24,000 nucleotides of DNA, taken from NCBI GenBank assembly GCA_016933055.1, contig JAFGBS010000004.1, positions 215,350 through 239,349 of the forward strand, written 5' to 3'. Made by a program: the position numbers and the translations under genes. Source of the stretch: Promethearchaeota archaeon (lineage in GTDB: Archaea > Asgardarchaeota > Lokiarchaeia > Sigyniarchaeales > Promethearchaeaceae). Every line of letters begins with the position of its first letter. Position 1 is the stretch's first letter. Positions 1-8,582 of the stretch are shown here, piece after piece. The notes below the pieces were generated by a model that was given only the letters and a program-made list of their open reading frames with translations, was not told where the DNA came from and made no database searches.

Positions 1-248
1 AGAAATCGTATCCGATTCGAGACCCCTTTAGGACCTATTAGTTGTTCCACTCGATCAGCTACGTCATGAGTAGGAGGACACTCCACTTCCTCTTCGGGAT
101 CTAATCCCTTGCTGCGTGCAGAATTTGCAAGTGAATATATATGATCGATATCTTGTTGGATTGAAGAAAAGTACTCTTTTGTTTTTGCGTCCATTTCAAT
201 ATCTAATTCATGTTCTATGTGTGAAGGCACTGGATTGTCATTTGTCAT
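1..248 (-). CDS. polC: DNA polymerase II (PolD) large subunit DP2, N-terminal fragment, truncated by window edge
   Basis: Manual minus-strand translation from ATG at 248: MTNDNPVPSHIEHELDIEMDAKTKEYFSSIQQDIDHIYSLANSARSKGLDPEEEVECPPTHDVADRVEQLIGPKGVSNRIRF. This resembles the archaeal DP2 N-terminus (Y..I......IY..A..AR..G.DP...VE....D.A.RVE.L.GP.GV..RIR). It is divergent to the DP1 gene and missing from the supplied ORF track. Confidence 0.88.
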   Translation of the reverse strand, partial: MTNDNPVPSHIEHELDIEMDAKTKEYFSSIQQDIDHIYSLANSARSKGLDPEEEVECPPTHDVADRVEQLIGPKGVSNRIRF

Positions 249-437
249 AAGATATCCGTCACTCACTAATAATATGCAAAATTTTTATGATTATTGATTA
301 GAGTATTAATAGGAAACTATTCTAAATATCTAAAACGAGTAACTTAATAATATAAAGAGTTTAACGGTTTAGACTCTATCCTCTTTTAAATTCTTAAAAA
401 ATGGGATATATATAGAGAAAACACTCGGAGATCGAGG

Positions 438-2216
438 ATGGATCCAGAAAAAAAATTCACTAAACATGATATTCTTCTTCATTTTCTCAGTGCTGGTATT
501 AACATCTCTCCTGAAGCACTAGAGGTCCTTACCCAAAAGTCTCCGAAACATAAAGACGTTGAAGAACTTATACGTGAAATTTCCTATATTCCTGGATTTA
601 GATTGCATCTCACTTTATCTATACTGCAACATACTGCATTCTACAAAACTACAACAAATAACCATCCTAGATCTTCAAATATTCCTGAAAATGAAAAAGA
701 TCTAGCTGTCAATTCTTTAGATAAAACATTAAAACTCCAGCATGCCGCTGCAAACCCCAAAAACCGAGAACAAAATAATAGCGTATCGGAAGCATTAGAA
801 CCCACTGAAAAATTAAATTCCAATGAAACACAACATAAACTTACAAAAAATCAAAGTGGAATAACTCCACTACCAGTCCCACCTTTAAATCTCACGATCA
901 AACCCTCGGGTACAAAGAGGTTTAAAGCAATTGCAAGGGATTTTTCTGAGCAGATCGAAATCTTAAAGGATCCCTCTACGGATCTCTATACTAGTGGTAC
1001 TATTGATGACTTTCTTGCTATGTATCGTGATCGCTTTCACCGTTTAAAAGAAATTTTATATAAAAATCCTGAAGTTGAAAATGTCTATCCCATAAATCAA
1101 GTAACATCTCGCCAAAGTTCTACACCTGAAATTAATGTTATCGGAATGGTAAAGGAGAAAAAAACTTCTCGCAGTGGATCTTATATAAAATTCACATTGG
1201 ATGATGAAACAGGAGAACTGGATATCCTTGTTCGTCCAGATTCTCAGAATCCCGAAATTTTTAAAAAAATGAATAATCTATTAAATGATGAGGTTATTTT
1301 TGTTTCTGGTTATTTGAACGTAGATCCCCAGAAAAGGACCTCAATTTTATTTGCAAACAATATCATCTGGCCAGATGTACCTATAGGTCACAGAATTCAA
1401 ATTCCTCCATGTGATATATCCTTTGCAATGCTATCAGATCTTCATATCGGAAGTGAAAATTTCCTAGAGAATGTGTTTCAGCGATTTATCAAATATCTTA
1501 AAGGAGAACTATTTGATACTCAAAGGGATTTAGAAGAAGCAGGAAGGATAAAATATGTAATTATTTGTGGAGACCTAGTAGATGGTATTGGGGTATATGC
1601 GGATCAGATCAATGAACTTAAAATAACCGACATATATCAACAATATGAGAAAGCTGCAGAATTACTGGCGTTATTCCCAGACTACATAAAAGTTATTTAT
1701 ATTCCGGGTAATCATGAACCCGTAAGGAAGGCAATTCCTCATCCTGCAGTACCTTCCAAATATTGTCAACCCATTTTAGATTTGGGTGTAATAAATATTG
1801 GGGATCCAAGTCTCGTCGAACTACACGGCATTAAATTTCTCTTAAATCATGGAGATGGCATTATAGATATGAATAATAACATATATGGTCTAAAAAATAA
1901 TAAACCCGCAGACACTATGAAAGAAATGTTAAAGTGTCGTCATCTAAGCCCTATGTATGGTAAAGAATGCACGGAAAAAGCTCCTTCTTCCCGAGACTGG
2001 TTAGTTATAGACCAAATTCCGCACGTGTTCCATACGGGACACATGCATATTAATGACTTATCTCATTACAACAATGTGTTACTTTTAAATTCAGGGTGCT
2101 TTCAAGCGCAAACAAAATTCATGAAAAGTTTGGGAATCACACCCACGCCTGGAAAGGTTCCTATAATATCGGTAAGTTTTGGAAAGCTGAACACAACTTT
2201 ATTAACTTTAATGTGA
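438..2216 (+). CDS. polB: DNA polymerase II (PolD) small subunit DP1 with OB-fold and calcineurin-like phosphoesterase domain
   Basis: 592 aa. OB-like segment followed by phosphoesterase motifs SDLHIGS, CGDLVDGIG, IPGNHEPVR, NHGDG and HTGHMHI in DP1 order. GGAG upstream of the ATG. Confidence 0.95.
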   Translation: MDPEKKFTKHDILLHFLSAGINISPEALEVLTQKSPKHKDVEELIREISYIPGFRLHLTLSILQHTAFYKTTTNNHPRSSNIPENEKDLAVNSLDKTLKLQHAAANPKNREQNNSVSEALEPTEKLNSNETQHKLTKNQSGITPLPVPPLNLTIKPSGTKRFKAIARDFSEQIEILKDPSTDLYTSGTIDDFLAMYRDRFHRLKEILYKNPEVENVYPINQVTSRQSSTPEINVIGMVKEKKTSRSGSYIKFTLDDETGELDILVRPDSQNPEIFKKMNNLLNDEVIFVSGYLNVDPQKRTSILFANNIIWPDVPIGHRIQIPPCDISFAMLSDLHIGSENFLENVFQRFIKYLKGELFDTQRDLEEAGRIKYVIICGDLVDGIGVYADQINELKITDIYQQYEKAAELLALFPDYIKVIYIPGNHEPVRKAIPHPAVPSKYCQPILDLGVINIGDPSLVELHGIKFLLNHGDGIIDMNNNIYGLKNNKPADTMKEMLKCRHLSPMYGKECTEKAPSSRDWLVIDQIPHVFHTGHMHINDLSHYNNVLLLNSGCFQAQTKFMKSLGITPTPGKVPIISVSFGKLNTTLLTLM

Positions 2217-2222
2217 TCTATT

Positions 2223-2918
2223 ATGGATTTAACAATATCGGAAAAAAACAGCATATTCTTTAAACAAATATGGAAGATATTAGGCATTACTGGTATTCCA
2301 ATAAATGATCTTGTCTATGAAATTAGTTATAAATTGAATCTTCCATACCGACCAGCTACAGTTATTAAAAAAATACAAGAAGCTCTTACTCAAGGTATTC
2401 TGAAAGAAAAGGATAAAATTTTGTTCTTAAATCAAGATGACATGAATTCTATCTTAGATGAACAACACAACATGGAAAAGAAAGTTTCTAATATGCAAGT
2501 TCCATGGAATCGATTCGAGGAAAGTTATGATACTTGGATGAATTCAACTGAACGAAAAACAGAAATTCGAGATAAGAAATCCCTAAAAATTAATTCGGTT
2601 ATTAAGAAAGTTATGAATGAAGACGCGATTGAAAAAGGTAAAGAGATTCCCATATCCCAATACCATCCAATTCTTATTGAAAAAGGTATTGAGGGAATCA
2701 TCCATAATAAAAACATGTATAATTTCAAGATAGATCTACAAAATAAAATAATCCTACACAATTGCAGTGAATTTATACACCATTTATCAGAAAAATATTT
2801 GTGCAAGCATTTTTTTCGGATTTTTATGTATCTTAAAGTAAAAGATATGGATTTATTAAAAGACATATTAATCTCGCTATTAGAAGAGAAAAATAGATGG
2901 CAATTTAAAAAAAACTGA
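2223..2918 (+). CDS. Conserved archaeal hypothetical protein, possibly DUF2240-like, encoded immediately downstream of DP1
   Basis: 231-aa ORF starting 6 nt after the DP1 stop. The N-terminus looks wHTH-like. The C-terminus has an HNC-x12-CKH motif. Family assignment is from memory of the pattern. Confidence 0.6.
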   Translation: MDLTISEKNSIFFKQIWKILGITGIPINDLVYEISYKLNLPYRPATVIKKIQEALTQGILKEKDKILFLNQDDMNSILDEQHNMEKKVSNMQVPWNRFEESYDTWMNSTERKTEIRDKKSLKINSVIKKVMNEDAIEKGKEIPISQYHPILIEKGIEGIIHNKNMYNFKIDLQNKIILHNCSEFIHHLSEKYLCKHFFRIFMYLKVKDMDLLKDILISLLEEKNRWQFKKN

Positions 2919-3686
2919 CTACAACCTTTTCCGGGCGTATTTTACCGCATTTTCAAAAATGATTAATCCCGTGATATGGGGATTATCCTGTCTTACCCAC
3001 TGAGGGTGGTGCTGCGGGATAAAATGACATTCTGGGTGGGGCATCATACCAAAAATCAAACCAGATTCATTACAGATCCCTGCGATACCATCTATAGATC
3101 CGTTTGGATTGTTCGGATAGGTTTTTGGATAATACGTAAAAACAATTAATCCCCTATCCCATAATTGGGCTAGAGTATCAACACTTTCAACGACAAAACG
3201 TCCCTCCCCATGTCTTACAGGTACATCTAAGGGAGAACTCATGCCTTTAGTCCATATACATGGGGAATTTTCAACAGGTTGAACCGTCACCCATCGAGAT
3301 TCAAATTGTCCAGATTGGTTTCCAGTTAAAGTCACAGTTTGCGTATAATATAGATTATTTAATGCAGGTAAAATACCCATTTTAACAAGGACTTGGAAAC
3401 CATTACATATGCCAATAATCAATTTGTCTTCTTCAATGAACTTAGAGACTTCGTCCCGTAAATTATATCGGAATTTATTGGCGAGCACTCTACCAGAACC
3501 TAAATGATCCCCAAAACTAAAACCCCCGGGGATCATCAGTATTTCATAATTTTCTAATGAATCTTTTTGAGAGATAAAATCATTAATATGCACTCGGTGG
3601 GGATCTGCACCAGCCAGTCGAAATACTTCCTCCGATTCATAATCTGTATTGATACCATATCCCGTAATTATAGCTACTCTTACCAT
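2919..3686 (-). CDS. purQ: Phosphoribosylformylglycinamidine synthase, glutaminase subunit PurQ
   Basis: Class I glutamine amidotransferase motifs: IPGGFSFGDHLGSG, IGICNGFQVLVKMG, MPHPE. Start placed at MVRVAIITGYG because GGAGG lies ~8 nt upstream. The longer ORF-track start (3728) is less likely. Confidence 0.95.
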   Translation of the reverse strand: MVRVAIITGYGINTDYESEEVFRLAGADPHRVHINDFISQKDSLENYEILMIPGGFSFGDHLGSGRVLANKFRYNLRDEVSKFIEEDKLIIGICNGFQVLVKMGILPALNNLYYTQTVTLTGNQSGQFESRWVTVQPVENSPCIWTKGMSSPLDVPVRHGEGRFVVESVDTLAQLWDRGLIVFTYYPKTYPNNPNGSIDGIAGICNESGLIFGMMPHPECHFIPQHHPQWVRQDNPHITGLIIFENAVKYARKRL

Positions 3687-3688
3687 GT

Positions 3689-6619
3689 TCATTTCCTCCA
3701 AGACAAGAATTGAAAAGTAGATTGCCATGCCTTTTTTAACAAAGAGAGTGGACTATTGATGATTATTCCTCCCTCCATCCCTTGTACTACGAAATTTGGA
3801 CCTTTTATAACTCCAATTTGCGCTATTTCTGTCCCTTCCATAATTTTTTCAAACTTCTCCTTATTTTTGGGGGATATCGAAACCACAATACGGCTTGCAC
3901 TCTCTGAGAACAAGAGATAATCATCACGATGGATATTTTCGCGTGGTACTTTTTTGAGATCAATATGCATTCCTAATCCCCCACTAAGGGAAGATTCTGC
4001 TAATGCTACACCTAAACCCCCATCTGAGCAATCGTGAGCAGATGCAATCAATCCCTCTTGAATCGCGTTAAATAATGCCCGATAACGAATAATTGCGCTT
4101 TTGGGTTCTACTTGAGGTACTATTGTACCTATATACCCTAACTCGTCAAAATATTCACTTCCCCCAAGTTCATTTTTGGTCGTTCCCAATACATAGACTA
4201 AATCTCCTTCTGTTTTTGCATCTAAAGTAACCACATGCTTAACATCAGGAACTTTTCCAATGACGCTAAACATTAATGTTGGGGGAACACTTACTGCGGT
4301 ATCTCCAATTCGATAATCATTTCTCATAGAATCTTTGCCAGAAATGCATGGGACTTTATAAGTAGTTGTTATGTCAAAAAGTGCTTTATTTGCTCGAACA
4401 AGTAATCCAGTATATCTTACTTCCTCCTCCTCCGTAAAACCCATTGCCCAGCAAAAATTATCTAAACCCGCAAGATAATTTGGATCTGCTCCCACACATA
4501 CCGCATTTCGTACCGCTTCATCAATAGCATTTGCTGCCATGGCATAAGTATCAATATCAGAATAACGGGGACACAATCCATGTGAAACACTCAACCCCTC
4601 CCACGAATCATATATAGGCTTAATAATTGCCGCATCGCTTGGACCGTCATTCATGACACCCATGAAAGGCTTTACTACAGTACGTGCTTGTACTTCATGA
4701 TCATATCGTCGAACAATTTCTTCTTTCGAGCAAATATTTAACCTACTTAATAGAATTTTTAGGAGAACATTATAATTGTCAACAGGTGGGATCTCAGGCT
4801 CTTTTCTTTGAATAGGTTTCCAAACTCCTTTCATCTTTTTTTGAGGAACACCTTCATGAAGAAATTCCATCAGAATCTCCCCTATTAGCTTATTTTCATA
4901 GAAAAATTGGAAACTTTTCGTAGTAGTGAATTTTCCGATAACTGTTAATTCAACATCATGTTTTTTTGATAATTCAATTAGCATGTCCAAATTCTCTGGA
5001 TCAACTGCAAGACTCATCCGTTCCTGTGCTTCACTTAACAAAATTTCCCACGGAAGTAATCCTGAATATTTTAGGGGCGCTTTTTCTAAATCTAATTGAA
5101 CACCAGTAGTGGAACCCATCTCGCCAAAACTGGAAGACAAACCCCCTGCACCATTATCAGTAATAGCGTTTAATAAATCAAGATCCCGTGCTTCTAACAG
5201 AAAATCTAACATTTTTTTCTGTACAATAGGGGAACCGATTTGTACAGCTGTACTGGGGGAGTTTTCATTGATTTCCAAAGATGAGAAGGTTGCTCCATGG
5301 ATTCCATCAGCTCCAATTCTTCCTCCCACCATGATCGCTAAATCACCGGGTTTTGGAGCTTTCTCATGAACGGGTTTGTTAGCGATGGTTGTAGGAGCAA
5401 TTCCTCCAGTACCACAAAAAACTAGGGGTTTTCCAAGGTATCGCTCATCAAAATACAAACTCCCGTTTATGGTAGGAATACCTGATTGATTTCCTCCATC
5501 AATAATTCCTTTATGAACTCCTTTTAAAACCCTTCTCGGATGGAATAGTCGAGGGGGAATTTCTCCATTGAAAAAAGGGGATGCAAAACAAAATACATCA
5601 GTATTAAAAATCAATTGAAATCCTTTCCCCGTTCCTGCAGGATCTCTATTACAACCAACAATACCCGTCAATGCTCCACCATAGGGATCTAAAGCTGTAG
5701 GAGAGTTATGAGTTTCCACTTTCATGCAAAAAATATGATCGTTATCAAATTGGATTACACCTGCATTATCCTTGAAAACCGATACCAAATATGGGGAATT
5801 GATTTCCTTGGTAGAATTTTGTATATAGGTTTTGAAAATAGAATCAATTATTTCTTTCCTATCGGATTCCTGGTACTCAATTAGTGCATTAAAAATTTTA
5901 TGTTTGCAATGCTCGGACCATGTTTGTGCAATACACTCCAATTCAATATCAGTAGGATTAAGAGGAAGTCCTTTTTTTTGCCGTTCTTTGCTTCGCTCTG
6001 TATAATGAAGCTGAATTGCTTTCATTTCCTCTAAATTAAGTGCCAACAAACGCGATTTGCTTATCTCGAGTAATTCTTCATCACTAACCATTACATTAAT
6101 ATCTTCCACAACAGGTACTGTCTGCAATTTGACTTTAGGCACGGAGGGAAAAAATCCGGAATAGGTTCCCCCATTTTTAATTGTCCATCGTTCGATTAAT
6201 TCATTTGCAAGCAGGTCTTTTACAATGATTTCTGCGATTTCTGGTTTAACACCAAAAAATAGGTATTGCTGGGAATAATATACTCCTTCTAAATCCTTAT
6301 TTATGGCATCTCTTATTGCTTCTTTAGAAGTCCTTCCAATATTATCAGTAACACCTGGTTTATATCCAATTTCCACTATAGTCCCTTCAAAAGGATTCGC
6401 AAGGGGGGAATCGATAGTATATTTTTCAATTATTGGGTCCGAAAAGACCTCTTTTGCAAGAAAATCCAAATGTTGAGGGGATAACTCCCCTCCCTCCAAG
6501 GAATATACCTTTATGGATAGAACTTTTTCAACTTCTGTAATTCCCAAATCTGTAATAATAGCATTTTTTATGCTATCAACCTGATTGATGCCCACTTCGA
6601 TTCGATGGACGTCTTTCAT
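3689..6619 (-). CDS. purL: Phosphoribosylformylglycinamidine synthase, synthetase subunit PurL with N-terminal PurS-like extension
   Basis: ~976 aa from MKDVHRIEVG. Contains QTWSEHCKHK, VETHNSPTALDPYGGA, GNQSGIPTINGS, VGGRIGADGIHGATFSS, ITDNGAGGLSSSFGEMG, CISGKDSMRND and HDCSDGGLGVALAES. Stop lies 2 nt before the purQ start. Confidence 0.95.
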   Translation of the reverse strand: MKDVHRIEVGINQVDSIKNAIITDLGITEVEKVLSIKVYSLEGGELSPQHLDFLAKEVFSDPIIEKYTIDSPLANPFEGTIVEIGYKPGVTDNIGRTSKEAIRDAINKDLEGVYYSQQYLFFGVKPEIAEIIVKDLLANELIERWTIKNGGTYSGFFPSVPKVKLQTVPVVEDINVMVSDEELLEISKSRLLALNLEEMKAIQLHYTERSKERQKKGLPLNPTDIELECIAQTWSEHCKHKIFNALIEYQESDRKEIIDSIFKTYIQNSTKEINSPYLVSVFKDNAGVIQFDNDHIFCMKVETHNSPTALDPYGGALTGIVGCNRDPAGTGKGFQLIFNTDVFCFASPFFNGEIPPRLFHPRRVLKGVHKGIIDGGNQSGIPTINGSLYFDERYLGKPLVFCGTGGIAPTTIANKPVHEKAPKPGDLAIMVGGRIGADGIHGATFSSLEINENSPSTAVQIGSPIVQKKMLDFLLEARDLDLLNAITDNGAGGLSSSFGEMGSTTGVQLDLEKAPLKYSGLLPWEILLSEAQERMSLAVDPENLDMLIELSKKHDVELTVIGKFTTTKSFQFFYENKLIGEILMEFLHEGVPQKKMKGVWKPIQRKEPEIPPVDNYNVLLKILLSRLNICSKEEIVRRYDHEVQARTVVKPFMGVMNDGPSDAAIIKPIYDSWEGLSVSHGLCPRYSDIDTYAMAANAIDEAVRNAVCVGADPNYLAGLDNFCWAMGFTEEEEVRYTGLLVRANKALFDITTTYKVPCISGKDSMRNDYRIGDTAVSVPPTLMFSVIGKVPDVKHVVTLDAKTEGDLVYVLGTTKNELGGSEYFDELGYIGTIVPQVEPKSAIIRYRALFNAIQEGLIASAHDCSDGGLGVALAESSLSGGLGMHIDLKKVPRENIHRDDYLLFSESASRIVVSISPKNKEKFEKIMEGTEIAQIGVIKGPNFVVQGMEGGIIINSPLSLLKKAWQSTFQFLSWRK

Positions 6620-6667
6620 ATTTAGTCTAAAGAAAGAAGGAATAAAAAGTAACATAACTCATAGATC

Positions 6668-7534
6668 ATGCATATGACCAAGGATTCTATAATCGATGTA
6701 ATTAACCGACGAACTTCATGGAGAAGTTATGACACTGATTATTCCGTCCCCCATGAGATTTTGGACGAATTAAAGGAATATATTGCATCGTTTGAAACAG
6801 TCGGTCCCTTTGGAAATAAAGCACGATTCGAACTTCTAAGAATACCAGACGGGGAGAGAAATAGACTTAATTCTGAATACGGAACATACGGTTTTATTAA
6901 AGGTGCAGAATATTTTCTAGCAGGAGCCATCTCAAAGAAAAAATGGGCATTAGAGGATTTTGGGTATATATTTGAACACATTATCCTAAAAGCGACTGAA
7001 TTAAACCTCGGTACTTGCTGGATGGCAGGAACTTTCAAACGGAGCACGATTGCACGGGACATCAACCTTCAGCAAGACGAAATTATCCCTGCAATCACAC
7101 CCATAGGAATTCCAGCCGAATCTAGGCGTGTTGTCGGAAAATTAATTCGATTTGTTATTCGGGCAAAAAAACGCAAACCTTGGGAGGAATTATTCTTTAA
7201 TGAACCCTTTTTACCACTTAAAAAAGAGATGATTGATGAATCTTCTCAGACAGCACTGGAAATGGTTCGACTAGCACCATCAGCTAAGAACAAACAGCCC
7301 TGGAGAATAGTACTAGATTCTAAGGGCAATGCCCACTTCTATATCCAAACAGAATCACGTGATAGCCACATTCATTTTTATCAACGACTGGATATCGGAA
7401 TCGCTATGTGTCATTTTGAGTTAACAAAACGATATTTTAAGAAAGACGGGAATTGGAAAGCATTAGTACCAGAAGTCGACTTCAAATCTCAACCTTATCA
7501 TTATGTGGCTACATGGATAGAAAAAAATGATTGA
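6668..7534 (+). CDS. Nitroreductase-like family protein
   Basis: 288 aa. Includes NRRTSWRSYDTD near the N-terminus, LGTCWMAGTFKRS, ITPIGIPAESRR, and LEMVRLAPSAKNKQPWRIV in the second half, all features of the nitroreductase fold. Confidence 0.8.
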   Translation: MHMTKDSIIDVINRRTSWRSYDTDYSVPHEILDELKEYIASFETVGPFGNKARFELLRIPDGERNRLNSEYGTYGFIKGAEYFLAGAISKKKWALEDFGYIFEHIILKATELNLGTCWMAGTFKRSTIARDINLQQDEIIPAITPIGIPAESRRVVGKLIRFVIRAKKRKPWEELFFNEPFLPLKKEMIDESSQTALEMVRLAPSAKNKQPWRIVLDSKGNAHFYIQTESRDSHIHFYQRLDIGIAMCHFELTKRYFKKDGNWKALVPEVDFKSQPYHYVATWIEKND

Positions 7535-7623
7535 TTAAAAAATTCGATCAAAATTGCTAATTGTTGTACTTGAAATTTTTTTAGTATTACCCAAGCTGTG
7601 ATTAGATCATAACATTAACTAAG

Positions 7624-8289
7624 ATGAAAAAAATGATTGGAAGCGAATGGGACACGATTGTTAATTATATAAAATATTATTTTGAACAATTTATGGCGTG
7701 GTTTCAAGCTCTGGAATTACCTGCACAAGTTCTGGTAGCCGTTTTACTATTTTTTGGCTTTATAGCTTTAGCTTATATCATCTACGGTTCATTCTGGATA
7801 ACAATTCAATCTATCAAGTTCTCAATTCTGGTAGCAGGAATTAGCATATATATCACATTTGTGATATTAGGTTTACCATTAGTGGCATTATCTGGTGTGA
7901 AGAATATTCCGATATACTGGACAAGAGCTGGAGAAAATGTTAAATGGTTCGTAGCTAGTATGTATCCGTTGAAAGCAGATGCAAAACCCGTAAAAATGGT
8001 ATCATATGCACCAAAAACTAGTCAAAATTCTCCTGTAGTGATCATCAAAGAAAAGAATGCACAACCAAAATTGGAACGACTTCAATCGGTGGATTATGGA
8101 TCGAAAACAGAACACTATCATCAAGAACCATCCGAAGAAATTCCACAGCTTATTGATTCACCTAAAGTCATTGAAAGCTTTTGCCCAGATTGCGGGGCGC
8201 CATTTAGTGAGCGTATGAAATACGTTCTTTCAGAGAAAATATTCACATTTTGTGAAGAATGTGGCTCCAAGATCTATAAACGGGAATAA
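7624..8289 (+). CDS. Membrane protein with C-terminal zinc ribbon
   Basis: 221 aa. Two hydrophobic segments (VLVAVLLFFGFIALAYIIYG; FSILVAGISIYITFVILGLPLVAL). C-terminal CPDCG...CEECGSKI four-cysteine ribbon. Confidence 0.65.
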   Translation: MKKMIGSEWDTIVNYIKYYFEQFMAWFQALELPAQVLVAVLLFFGFIALAYIIYGSFWITIQSIKFSILVAGISIYITFVILGLPLVALSGVKNIPIYWTRAGENVKWFVASMYPLKADAKPVKMVSYAPKTSQNSPVVIIKEKNAQPKLERLQSVDYGSKTEHYHQEPSEEIPQLIDSPKVIESFCPDCGAPFSERMKYVLSEKIFTFCEECGSKIYKRE

Positions 8290-8389
8290 GAAATATCTTA
8301 AATTCTGATTTTTATTTTTTCGTTCTAATATTCTGCTTTTTTCTCTTTATCAAATCATTATATAATAACTATGGGAAATAGGCAGAAAT

Positions 8390-8492
8390 GCAGAGGGAGG
8401 GATTTGAACCCCCGCTTCTCTATGAACCAGAGCCTCAGTCTCGCCAATCGGTGAAGATTCTGGCGCCGTAGACCTGGCTTGGCTACCTCTGC
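8390..8492 (-). tRNA. tRNA-Leu(GAG) containing a ~20-nt non-canonical intron
   Basis: Minus strand GCAGAGG...CCTCTGC 7-bp acceptor; class II variable arm (TTCATAGAGAAGC); T-arm GGGGG-TTCAAAT-CCCTC. Removing AATCTTCACCGATTGGCGAG gives anticodon arm CCAGA-CTGAGGC-TCTGG with anticodon GAG. Confidence 0.9.
8440..8459 (-). other. Predicted tRNA intron, non-canonical position 30/31 of tRNA-Leu(GAG)
   Basis: BHB-like fold: exon CGCC pairs intron GGCG; intron AATC pairs GATT; both predicted cuts are AG|A. Confidence 0.78.
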
Positions 8493-8582
8493 TCTTTTAC
8501 TTTCCCGAACAATCCACTTTTAAATTCTTTTTCGAATAAGTTTGAAATTTAGTTGTTAAGTGTAATAAACTAATTTGATAAT

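Noticed and set aside
5109-5369. Antisense ORF inside purL
   Set aside because: Fully embedded opposite a conserved PurL core with no recognisable domain.
8434-8460. Canonical 37/38 intron or Lys-type CTT anticodon in the 8390-8492 tRNA
   Set aside because: ATCTTC does not give a normal purine at 37. The class II variable arm and the 7-nt loop CTGAGGC fit Leu(GAG) with an intron at 30/31 much better.
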